DNA of 64,000 nucleotides, taken from assembly GCA_028534125.1 (NCBI GenBank), contig CM052817.1, positions 70,620,001 to 70,684,000 of the forward strand. Direction: 5' to 3'. Below the pieces are notes generated by a model that did no database searches, was not told the DNA's origin, and saw only the letters and a list, made by a program, of their open reading frames with translations. Shown here in pieces: positions 24,546 to 36,300 of the stretch (positions are counted from its first letter, which is position 1; each line of letters begins with the position of its first letter). Both the position numbers and the translations under genes were made by a program. Origin of the DNA: Lama glama. Lineage: Eukaryota.

Positions 24546-24929
24546 GCCGATAGTGCCTGCCAGTCTCAGACGGCATGACGCCTTCCTTCCTGACAGTATC
24601 ATCAATGTGAATACTGCAACCAAAGAGAAAGTGTATTTTTCTTTTCCAAAGAAATGCTGAATCAAAACTTGTACACAAAGATTGGGTCCTGTTGAAGGTA
24701 TTCCCTTGAGGTCTAGACCCTGTTCTCCACTTGGGGAAGGTTAGAATAAGGGCAATGGCAATGACTTTGGGGTGTGGGATTCCCATGGGAGGTTAGATTG
24801 ATGAGATCAAGAGAGATTAACTAAGACATTCACTCCTTCATCTAACTAACGACTCTTAAATACATACTATAATCCAAAAGGAGTGAAAGAAGCTGTAGGG
24901 GTTTAAACCTAGTGGGAGGGGAGGTTATC

Positions 24930-25390
24930 ACATGAATAGCAATTCAAATGGAAAATAAATTAGTGCTGTATTTAGAGGTGCAGGCAGTATGTTTTTAAAG
25001 CACCTTCTGACTGGGGAAAGGAGCAAGGCTTCTATAAAGGTGGGATGTGAGATGGGCAAGGAAGGAGGAAAAGGATGACAGTATCTGAGGTGGGATGTGG
25101 ACTTGGGGGTCTCTGGAGGAAGGCATTCCAGTCTGAAGTGTAGTGAACAAGGAGGTGGAAGGTATACATGGAAATTGTTGGTAAGTTGAGCTGGGTTGGA
25201 GTGAAGCACATAGATTTTAGGAAAGAGCCTAGAAAAATTGATTGGGTATGGATGTGGGAGGTCTTCCAAGAAGCCTACAGGGGGAAGTAGTGGGAAACCA
25301 TGAAGATGCTGACACAACGAAGGTGCCATGGAACGCCTGGGTGTGAGGACGACAACCCTGGCAAGACTATGAAGAACAGATTAGAAATCA
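24930..25390 (-). mobile_element. L2 relic
   Basis: ggaaggcattccagtctgaag ... agtgggaaaccatgaagatgct. Confidence 0.5.
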
Positions 25391-25394
25391 AGAT

Positions 25395-25745
25395 GTAGTC
25401 CATGATCCTTTATCTGCAATTCCAAAAGCCAAACACCCTGAAAATAAAATCTTTCTTCATAAGTTTCACTAAAGATTTTTCTAACTTAGGAGCAAATTGA
25501 TTTGGTAGCAAACAACATATTTGAACAGATGTGAGGCTATTTATGGTCACTAATAATCCTTCTTAGTGTGGACACGCATGTGTTTCACTGCAGAAATTGA
25601 TGGTTTGATTACAGGGTGCCTCAGGCCTCTCTAAGGCTGTCAGACAATACGTGGTGTATGAACAATATTAACTTTCTAATGCCTAAACTCTAAATTCTGA
25701 AACATATTTGACTTTGAGGGTTTCAAGAAAAGATTGTAAGCTTGT
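25395..25745 (-). mobile_element. TcMar-Tigger MITE (MER46C-like)
   Basis: Degenerate terminal inverted repeats (gtccatgatcctttatctg / caagaaaagattgtaagcttg) and internal gatgtgaggctatttat...gtgtttcactgcagaaat. Confidence 0.6.
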
Positions 25746-26125
25746 TCCAGAGTTGATGAGAAAGATCCCTTAAACAGAATTAAAAATTATAGAAATAGTA
25801 AGTTTTGAAGTTAAGGCAAGGAATTTTATTTTGAACAATGAAACTTGTTACTATAGGCCATGTGGCAAATGGCCTCTCTAAATACATGGTAATCTGAATT
25901 ATACATTATAATTTATGGTAGTTTATAGTAGTTATAAATAAATTTCAATTTATGATTTCAATTTTATATATTAATCAGAACTAGCCTAATCAGCTATTAT
26001 CGAGTGTCTTTTAATTAATTGCTCTAATGAATAAGCACATTGTAATCAGCATATATGTTTTGCAAGTAAATGCAAAAACAGACCCATGAAAATTTTGTTC
26101 TTTTAGGAAATTTTAAAAAATCTAA

Positions 26126-26292
26126 GGGGGGAGGGTGTAGCTCAAGTAGTAAAGCACATGCTTAGCATGCATGAGGTTCTGGGTTCAATCCCCAGCACCT
26201 TCTCTAATAGTAAATAAATAAGGAAACCTAATTACCTCCACCCACCAAAAAAAAAAAAAAAAAAAGAATGAGTGAATGAATAAATAAAATTC
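26126..26292 (+). mobile_element. tRNA-derived camelid SINE (Vic-1-like), long form
   Basis: ggggggagggtgtagctcaagtagt...gggttcaatccccagcacc, aaacctaattacc tail and poly(A); flanked by aaaaaatcta on both sides. Confidence 0.9.
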
Positions 26293-27469
26293 TTTAAAAA
26301 AATCTATAAGTCTTGTTTAGTACATCAATATTATTACTAAACCCTGCATAATAATTTGCTTAACAACCCCCCTTTAAAAAATAAATCATGCAAAAGCAAG
26401 CTTTAATTCCACCCATCTGATTTTCATGCAATTTGCATCTGAAATACAAATTCTGAATTTTGAAGCCCAAACGAATAGTCTTTTAATTCTCCAGGAATCT
26501 TCCCTCAAAGATGGTACAGTATCATGATAACATACAATACAATAATATTTTGCACCTATACTTCTATAAAACCAAGGGTGCTTTCTAGTTGAGGCTGCCA
26601 GGTCAAGGGCTTACCTCACTTTGAATAGACTCTACTCATTTTCTGGAAGGAAGCAGTCTACATCTGGGTGAGGAGGCACAGTAGGAACAGGAAAGAATAG
26701 CACGAAGCAAACAGGGGATTCATTTGCTGACAAGGGCACCTTATACTGAAGGGGAAATCGGCATTTGCCCTGTGACATAAGCTCAACTTTTTTGCCTTCT
26801 TCATCTGGGAGAAAAGTGGAAGTAACCTGGCATTCCCTAGAGATCCTTTTCAGTGTTTGGTTTAATGGATATTTGCTAAACTTCCTTTGTATGATATTAA
26901 ATCGAATTGACTCTAAAATTCCTTGGGCATGCTCCCTGGTTGGTAGCCTCCTTTCTCCTTCTACAGAAGAGGCAAGTGGCTGGAAGCCAGCCTATAAAGA
27001 GCTGGTGAGAGTCCCCTTGGCCTCAGCTATAACAAGTGCACAGTGATCCTTGTATTTCCTAATCTACCTCTGAAGTTCACCCTCCCCCATAAATAAACTT
27101 GATCCCATAGGAAACACCTGATAGCCCTCTGGGACAATGGAAGTCTTCAAAAATGAACTTTGCAACAAAAGATAAAGGAGTGTTTGGAAGAGTTCACCAG
27201 AGAGTAATGTTACTTGGAGTAGTACCACTCCAGGTACCTTCCTCCACTGGTTAACTGGTTCTATTCTCTAATGCCCCCCTTTAGTCCATATGCTAAATTT
27301 TAATGTTTTCCCAGCGTCTGTTCAACTACACAAAACTAAAACAGCCTGTGACTTGACAGCATCCCTGAAATTTTGCATGTTTTCACATGAAACTAAAGTA
27401 TTGATTGCAATTTAGGACACGTTTGAATGCCCTATAATTATCTTTCTGTTTTATGTCATTTGTTGCGTA

Positions 27470-27990
27470 TGGAGTGAACTCAAATGGTGACAAGGACCAG
27501 GCAGATAACATAAATAAAGGAGCAGGTTTAAGACAAAAGGAAGTGGAGAGATTTGGCTGAATAGAAGTCAAGCTGGGGCTAAACGAAAACAAGGACTCGA
27601 TTTATTTGGCCGCAGGAGAGAGCCTATCTGGTACTGCTACATCTTCACAAGCTTCAAGAGAAGCCAGAAATCTGAGGGTTTTGTTTTGTTTTGTTTTGTT
27701 TTTTAAATGACTGCTTCATATTTTAAACATTTGCTACCAATTCAAATTTACTTTATTTTTATTTTTTGGCAGAATTTTTTATTTTGGGGGAATTAGGTTT
27801 ATTCATTTATTTATTCTTACAGGAGGTACTGAGGATTGAACCCAAGACCTCATGCATGCTCGGCATGAGCTCTACTACTTGATCTATGCCCTCCCCCCTT
27901 CAAATTTACTTTAAAATATTTTATAGTCCAAACGAAAATACATTTGAGGGGACAATTTGGCCCACAGGGCCCCAGGTAAAGATCTCTGAT
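27470..27990 (-). mobile_element. MER102-like hAT-Charlie element (contains a SINE and a (TTTTG)n tract)
   Basis: aactcaaatg...caagagaagccagaaatctg...ttgctaccaattcaaa...atttggcccacagggcc. Confidence 0.6.
27756..27898 (-). mobile_element. tRNA-derived camelid SINE (Vic-1-like) inserted in a MER102-like element
   Basis: Reverse complement of the same SINE; perfect 15-bp TSD ttcaaatttacttta at 27741-27755 and 27899-27913. Confidence 0.9.
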
Positions 27991-30229
27991 CTAGCGCTTC
28001 TGAATGCTGAACTAGAAACAAGACAAGTGTGGAAGGGCTTTGCTTCGGAAAGGAAGTCATGCAGTTAGTTCATTGCAGGAAGTTTATTTTGTTGCCGTAA
28101 CATTTGAAAAAAAGGGCTACAAGTTCTCATTGCATCAATCACCTGTTGTAATTCAGACCACTGGTTCTTCAATCATAAAACCTTCAAAATACGACTGTTA
28201 TACAGGACTTCTAGAGGGAAGGGCAGAACAGGGTGTAATTCCTTCTTGAAAAGGAAGTACTCCATCCCATAGTGATGCATCCGTTCGGGAGAGTCCCATG
28301 ATTTGAGCCCCTAATGAAAGAGGCTGTTGTAATCTATGTCAGAATTATGGTTTCTTTGGGAATCTCAGAACAGAATTTCCTGACTTCTGTACAATTAAAT
28401 CTAAACTTTATAATGATACGGATATTAGAAATCATGATATGAACTTTCTACTTTTTGGTTTTCATTTCCTGGCTGTGGTTGGTGATGACGTTATTTAATG
28501 AAATGCTATACATTTTTAATATTAAGTTGTAACATGCTAGGATGTTTATTATATTTACTCTTTAAAAGTGATATTCATTTGCACATATAATTTACCTGAA
28601 ATAACTACACTGACAAAATTCAGACTCTTTTTTTATGTCAAATTGCCCTTTATACCTCCCAATTTCAAATAATTAGTTGATAATAAGCCAATCAGAAATG
28701 TTAAGAGTAAATATTAACTTGTCTTGGACAGTTACTGAAAATGAGAGCTCAAAATAAGCTGTAATTGAAATTTCTGGTAGGATCAATTCTCTCTTTATTT
28801 AAGTGTACTTAACATTCCATGTATCAGAGGAACTTGCCACATATAACAAAAGCAAGATTTTTTTCTTTCTATGATTCTAAGAATTAACTCAAAGTGTTAC
28901 ATTGTCCTTTAACTTAATAAACATTAAATAAAATGTTTGCCTTATTTATTAGAAAATAATAGTAAAAAAGAGAGAACAGTGAATAACTGCATTCTGTGTT
29001 TGAACCCATGAAATGATGGTATTATACATAAGCAAAATCAAGGAAAAATATTTCTGATGGCTTAAAAGATAAAAGTAATAGTCCAGTTTCCAAAATAAAA
29101 ACAGTCTTATTTTTAATTCAGTGGGTCTCCAATTTCAGTACCCATAAAGAACAAAGTTTAGATTTTAAAAACCAGGGAGCATCTGGTATACTCAGATAAG
29201 TAACCAGTTCTACCACCTCATCAGCCTCAACTTTTATGATTCCCATATGTGACTAAAGAATTACAAGATGTATGCCTATCATATCATTATTGAAATTGAA
29301 TTACTTAGTTACTCATAAGGCACTGTCAGCTCTTCTCCTCATGTGCTATGGAGTATCAGCAATTATGGAACAAAAAGTGAAGAGGAATAATATACCATTT
29401 TCCAGCTTTGGGATGAAGCTTCGCAACATTACCTACAGTTGAGATGAAGCTTCCTAAACATTAGCAGTACAACTGTCCATGTTTCTCAACTTGTGAAACG
29501 TTTGGAAAAGTTGTTAAATGTTGGGAAAATGGCATGAAACAAATATGACTAAGAAAAAAATTATTTTCAAAGAAATTGCTCGAGTTGACTTTTGTATAAG
29601 GACTCATTAACAAATTTGTAAATTATTAGGCCCTTAATTTCCCTTCTACTCTCCTATTCCTTGCAGTATTTCCTTTGTTTTGACTATCATACCTAAGTGT
29701 AAGGAAGGGAAGGAAAAAGGAGGTGACAGTTAAAGTAAGGATTAACATAGAAGAGTGGCCTGGAACAGTAAGGTCTGTGTCAGGAATACTAAGGCCACCT
29801 TGGGGTCTCGGGGAAAACATGAAGGCCAAGAATAACATTTGCTGTTAGAATCAGAAAGAGAAGAATAAAAGAATAGGCCTTCCTCCCCGCTTCAGTCAGC
29901 TGAGAGTACAATGTTAGTAACTGACAGAAGAAGTCAACAGCAGCCAGTTCCTATTTAGTTTCTAATTAATTCTCTGTCAAACAAAACAAACATAAATATT
30001 TGGATTAAAACTGGCACAAATATTAGTATAAAATGCCAAGGGAAGAGACTATAAGTGAAAACTTATCTTAAGTTTTAGATAAATTAGTTTGAAGAAATGA
30101 CTTTCAAAATACTGAGCATCTAAGTTAGAAGAAATAGTTTCAAAATACTGAGCATTTGACAAAAAAATTTACCAAACCATTCACATTGTTTTTCAGAAAC
30201 TGTAGAAAGCAAGAGAAATAATAAAAGGA

Positions 30230-31640
30230 AAAAAACAAAAGAGAAGGCTAATCTTGCAAAATATGGACAATTTGGTAGAATTTTATTGATTTAAGACTAG
30301 AATAGATTATTAAAAGGATTGTTAGTGAAAATTTTGAAAAGTGAAGTTTAAAAATACAATCTTACTGCCTTTTTAAAAAGGGTTATTAGCAGATGGATGT
30401 ACATATATAACTGGATATCAGCAAGAGGTATGTAAATCTTATATTATTCTTAGATACCAAGTTGAGAAATAGGAACTGAAAGCTAATAAAAAGGGGGATT
30501 TATAACTGGTTGAATAATACTGCTTAACTGGTCCTACAGTTCATGTTCAGTTTTATTCCACTCAACATTGTATCATGGTTTGAATTAGTTTTCTCAAACT
30601 TTGGGTCTGAGAATGGTTTCTCCTGATGTGTGTATATGTTTCTATATCTATGGCTCAAATCTTTAGAAAATGGGACAGAAGAGAGATGTAATAATTGCTG
30701 GGTGGCAAAATCAGACTCCAGAGAGGCTCTCAACAGGATGGAATATAGTAATAATGTGGGAATAAAACTAAAGACCAGTGTTTGGATCCAATAAACAAGC
30801 CATCTAGATACACAACTGAGGAGCTAAGGGCTAGTAACAATGGGAAAAAAAGACTTTAGAATTTAAGTTGATAATAAACGTATGACATGATTGCCAATGT
30901 GGTTTAAAGCTAATCTAATTCCAGGCAATATTAACATAAACAGAAGCATAAGCAGTTAGGTTCTGTCTCACTTAGGCCAGCCTACACCTGAATTAATATG
31001 TTTAATTTCTGAGAGTTACCCTTTAAGGAGGACATAGATAGAAACATATATAGAGAACAACCAGGAGAGAACGAAGATAACAAAAGTGTCACTTGAGGGA
31101 GGGTAATAGCTCAGTGGTAGAGCACATGTTTAGCATGGTTCAATCCCCAGTACTTCCATCAAAAAAAAAGTAAGTGTCACATGCGGAATGGATGAAGGAG
31201 GTGGGGTGGGAGCAGGAGGAAGTGAGCTGGGATGGGAGAGCTAATTTGAAGAGGCTCAGAACTGCCTGGGAGCATTACCACCACCACTATCACAGGGAGT
31301 ATCCAGGCTTATGCTGTATCATTGCTTGTTGAGGGAAGTAAGTTTTGGACAAGCAGGGCTTTAGGGTTCATTCCAACCCTGAACCTCATTCAGTGTTTCT
31401 ATAAAATTACGAAAGGGTTGTCATGTGGAAGAGGAAAGGACTAAGACTGAATGACAGGAAGTAGAGAACAGCAGGTGTTAATTCAAAAGAAGGAACAATA
31501 AGTATTTGTTGAATGAATGAATGATTATATTACTTTGTAATATTTAGAACTGTCCATAATTAGAATAGTCTGCTTTTCAAGAGAGTGAGTTCCTTGCCAT
31601 CAAAGGTGTTTGAATAAAACTCAGGAACCATGAACTTAGG
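30230..31640 (+). mobile_element. CR1/L3 LINE relic (interrupted by a SINE)
   Basis: Degenerate CR1 3' motifs: ctttaaggaggacatagata, gggttgtcatgtggaagagg, gtgagttccttgccatcaaaggtgtttga. Confidence 0.65.
31095..31170 (+). mobile_element. tRNA-derived camelid SINE with an internal deletion, inserted in CR1/L3
   Basis: gagggagggtaatagctcagtggtagagc...tagcatg|gttcaatccccagtac plus A-tail; TSD aagtgtcac at 31084-31092 and 31172-31180. Confidence 0.85.
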
Positions 31641-33024
31641 ATACCCTGAATGAGTTTTTAGTCAACTGGCTGGCTATAAAATGGGTTTATTTTGCAGTTA
31701 TAAGAGAAAATTTAATAGAGCAGTAAGTGAATTTCTCTTACCCATATCATCTCCTCCCTCACCACCCTTTTAGAATAGGACAATCAACATTTATCAGAAA
31801 CCCTTTCTGACATTGCCAAAAGATTTTATAATTCTAATAAAAAGTTAATTTTTCATTCCTATATTATCCAACAGCTAAAAACACTATAAGAAAAAAATGT
31901 TTCCAATGCATACAACTCTTTTCCATAAAAGGAAATATGATCTACTTTATGGGATCCTTTTTATGATATATTTTTTTTAATTCTTGGAACCACACCCTCA
32001 AATTCTGTATTTGTTACACTCAGAGAAATCAGTTTTCAATTTATTTTTACATCAAGGAGGAAACAGAGAACAAAGGATCAAATAATACTGACTCAAATTA
32101 ATTCTTTTTCTTAAGATTTGTCAGCATAACTATAAAGGACAAATCGAAACAATTTGTTAACTTATTTTTTTTATTGGTGCTCCATAAGGGCAATTTCCTT
32201 AGAAGGGTTTATAAGGGGAGATGTTTCCATTAATCTAACCATACAACCAGAACAACAAAAACCCAGAAGAAATACAGAGTGCCTTAAAATATGAATGTTT
32301 CTAGAAGTATACTGACTAATATTATAAAGGAAATTATTTGGGTTCAATAAAAACATATGGAACTAAATTTGTATTATGATTCTAAATATCTATGAACTTT
32401 GGCTATAACCTGCATAGATGTCTAAGCTAGATCATCTTAAGTAATAAACCAACATACTACATGCTTTTAAGAAAAATCTAGAGGAAATTCTGAAATTAGG
32501 GGCTATATTTTTCCTCAGAGGAGTGACTCTGAAGAGCAAGACTTTAACAAGCCTTCAATGTCTGTGCTGTTTCTAATTTTAAACATATATAACTAAAGGG
32601 CTAAAATGTATCTTTTAAATATTATTTGCATGTTATTGAATTGTTATTCTATTCTATATACAATGGGGTAACTTTTCAAAAATTCTGTTATTTACAATTC
32701 ATATTTCATAAAAATAGCATCAATTATATTGACATCTTGATATAAAACTATCAAGTTTGAACTAGTCCTAATTTATCCTTTAAACAGACTTGGTGTACTA
32801 ATAAAAAAAATTCTATAATGCTACAGATTGACAATCACCAGTGCAAGAAGAATTCTATGTAATTTTAAAACAAATTATATGTAAATTAAATTAAAGGCAA
32901 TAATCTAGTCTTCTTCCTAGAAGATAAATGATTTGTCGTTGTTTTGTTACCTGTGTCCGCATATTTTGATGGACTTTGTCATCATAATATCAGAAGCAAA
33001 ATTATCTTAATCTCTATAATTCAC

Positions 33025-33340
33025 ACACTGGAAACTCCAATGCTGACAGGGACTGTGCACTTATGTAAATAACTGAAGTGGGCTGCGGGGGGGTCACTGT
33101 GTGTAATGTGGAATGTATGCCCCATCTAAAGCAGATAGATTCCATCCATCTTCAGCCAACTGAAATTATAAAGAATATGTACCTAATGGTGTCAGGGCCT
33201 CTGATTTTCCAAAAGGAACTAAAAAAATAAGATTTTGTATGAAACTGCCCAATATTAAAGTATTAGCAAGTAATTTGGGTGAGCCAAATAAAATGTGTCT
33301 ACTATTGGAATCTGTCCACAGGCTACCAGTTTGTAGCGTC
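33025..33340 (-). mobile_element. MER102-like hAT-Charlie element
   Basis: atgccccatctaaag...gattttgtatgaaactgccc...gccaaataaaatgtgtct...ccacaggctaccagtttg. Confidence 0.55.
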
Positions 33341-36300
33341 AAATTTGCCTTGTGAGAATTACTGATTCAAACAAAACAGAGAAGGAAGGCTGTATGAAAT
33401 AGTGTATGACATTTCAAAAATAAGGAAAAATTAAGACATTGACTTCCTTTCCCCAGCTACAAGCGAGGGAGTTATTCTCTACCCTCAACAGAAATCTCAC
33501 ATAAGTTGTGACAGTTTCTCAAACTACAGGCCTGTTGGCACATGCCATTTGACACATTCTAAAAATCTTGAGTTATTATAACAGTTACTATATAAAATTC
33601 TGGGTAGATACCATGACTCAAACTTTGCATTCTTCTCTGACACATTTTATTAGAACGACAGGGCTCCAAAGTGGAAGTAATAACAAAGACCAGTATAGAG
33701 TTACAGCATTAAAGTTCAACATTGTCCTGGTGACATAGAAAGCTTTTCCCATTTCGATTTTGTTTGACTTTTCTGCCTAAAAGTGTAAAATGAAAGGTGA
33801 AGTTGTAAATCCCTACATTAATTTTCTGAACAAATCCAAAATGTCTAATAGATCTCTGAATACTCCCTTCTTCCTGTTACTCCTCAAAATTCATTTCCTT
33901 TTACAATATTATTGAATAATTGTGAGTGACTATGAAACAAAAGGTTATGAGACTGAAAAGTAATTTTATAATGAGCCAAAAAGCAACAAAAATGGCTTTA
34001 TAATGTTATACTCTAGAATTTCCTAACACTGAAGATTCTTTAGAAACTTCACTTTTTCAAAGTAGGAATAATTTATGTTTATCTATGCCAAAAATGACAG
34101 TGGTGTGTGTAAGAGGTGAAGTTCTTAATTTAAACACAGTAGTTACCTATTTGGCAGAGAAAAAATAACATGTTATAAAAAAAGGTTAAGTATTCCTTAC
34201 TATTATTTTCATTATCAAGCTTATTGTGATTGTCATAGAGATTATAAATTCTTTAAACAAGACATAATATCAAAGAAATTAAAAATAATAAAAGTGGTCA
34301 AATTATAGCTAGCAGCTTTTGGCCAGATGATGTGTCCCATGCTGTGCTAATCAACAGCCTTGCTAATGAAGACAAAAGAGTTTCCGATTTTCAAAACATC
34401 CAATGAAACTATATTAATGATTGACAATCTTTCCAGCATTTACCTTCTCAAAGAACTTATCTCAGTAGGATAAGAGTAAATTAAAAATAAGGAAGAATCA
34501 AGGCTGAAAAGTTACAAGGTGCTGCCATGACTTATGTTAAATGCCAGGAACATGTTTGAGTCCCTTCCATATGGAAAAGTTTACAATCCGAAAAGAAAAT
34601 TCTGGTGCTGGCATTTTAGAAACTTCTGGCTTCCTCAGCCACTAAGAAATATAAAGAAATAAGATAGCTAGTAAATGGTAATGAGTTCTAAACTAGGTCT
34701 CAAACTTTTCTCTGATCTTCAAGTCAAGACATGTATTTGCCCCTCAAAGATGATTGTTGAAAAGCTTACTCAGTAAGTCAGAGTCAATCTGATATGATAG
34801 TCAAGGACCGTCACCGTGATCATTTCCATCTAACTTTGCTAAGGAACATTGAAAATGGTGTTCCCTGCAGGCAAAGTCATGCACAAAGAAAAATTAAGCA
34901 CTAAATTTTTAAAAGTTAATCCATATTCTCTTTAAACAATTCTGAAATCCCATACTGAATACAAAAATGCTTTTTAAATGAACAGTTAAGGAAGATATGT
35001 TAATTTTATCCCCCTCCCAAAACTTAACAAATCGCTTTGAATATTTACCCATCTTTTCTTAATAGGAGGCAGAGTATAAACAAGAGAAGGTTGGTTCACG
35101 TTGGAACCTGTTTAGGTCTTGTAGACATGAATACTAATCTATACCTATGGAGAACTCTTTCATTAAGACAGTATAGACAGTGTAATTGTAAGCCAACACC
35201 CACACACATATGTGTATGTATCTGTCTCTAGAGATAGAGTAATTCCTGTTGAGGAGAATGGCATATGTACTAACATCTACCTACAGAATGATATACTGTA
35301 TAATATTTTCAGCAATTGTTTGTGAAAAAAGCAAGTGTTTGATGTGAGAAACCACTTGTAAATCTGGAAAAAGACAAAACAACACAACCCATGTAACTTA
35401 GAAATAGGCGTGTTTTGGAACTCTGTGGTGTGTTCTGGGTTTGGGCATAGCTCCTTCAGTCACATCCTGCATTCCGTACTTCCTGCTTCACCAGTGAAAG
35501 AACTTCCTTTCAGCAATCCAGACATCTCACATGGTGATGTCCTCCTCTAAGTCATGATGGGGTCAAGACTTGGGTGTGATATTTCAAAGTTGGGCCACAG
35601 TTTCCATAGGCTAGAAAAATAGATTAACTCAACTTCTAAAAATAAGCCTGATGAAAGGCCCAAAGAATAAAGCTATTTAAAAAAACAATTGAACGTATTT
35701 TTAATTAAAAATCTGGTGGTATCTCCTGTAGCCTTTTTTCTCACCTGCCAATGAACTTGAAATATTCAGGCTGATGTGTTCTTTTGGAGACACGGTGAAT
35801 GAGGCAAGAATTGCCACCTGTTGTCCCCTTGTACTTCCTAGGGTTATACTTAGTTCCTGCTAGTTCACATCACATCACATAGGCTTCGAGCCAGAACAGC
35901 AGTGACACTCTGCAGCATCAATTTCTCTCTCCTCTTGCTTACTCACCACCATTTCCCTAACTTAATTCTTGATTGTAAAGAATTTCTTCAGGCCTATAGC
36001 TAACTATAGTTTCTGTCGTAGCAAGACAGCCTGATGCTCCTAGTTCTTTGGTATTTTGAGTGCCTTCATTGGAGGGTTTTGATATCATCTTCTCTGTCAC
36101 TTGGACTTTTTTTTTCTTATCAACTACAAGGTAATAAAATATGATAAGAATGCCCAGAAGTTTCCTTGATATGTGGAATATAAAAACAATAGTGCTGCAT
36201 TGTTATTATTAGTATTATCATTCAAAAGTCTACTTGTGCTAGTAAAATAATAGTTGTCAGTAAGGGTTCCTCTGAATATCAACATTTTTCAGACAAAACT

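Noticed and set aside
26615..26642. 28-nt minus-strand pseudo-exon (cttccttccag|...GAG|gtaagc)
   Set aside because: Not a multiple of 3, contains TGA, and has no Gly-X-Y; such matches are expected by chance in 30 kb.
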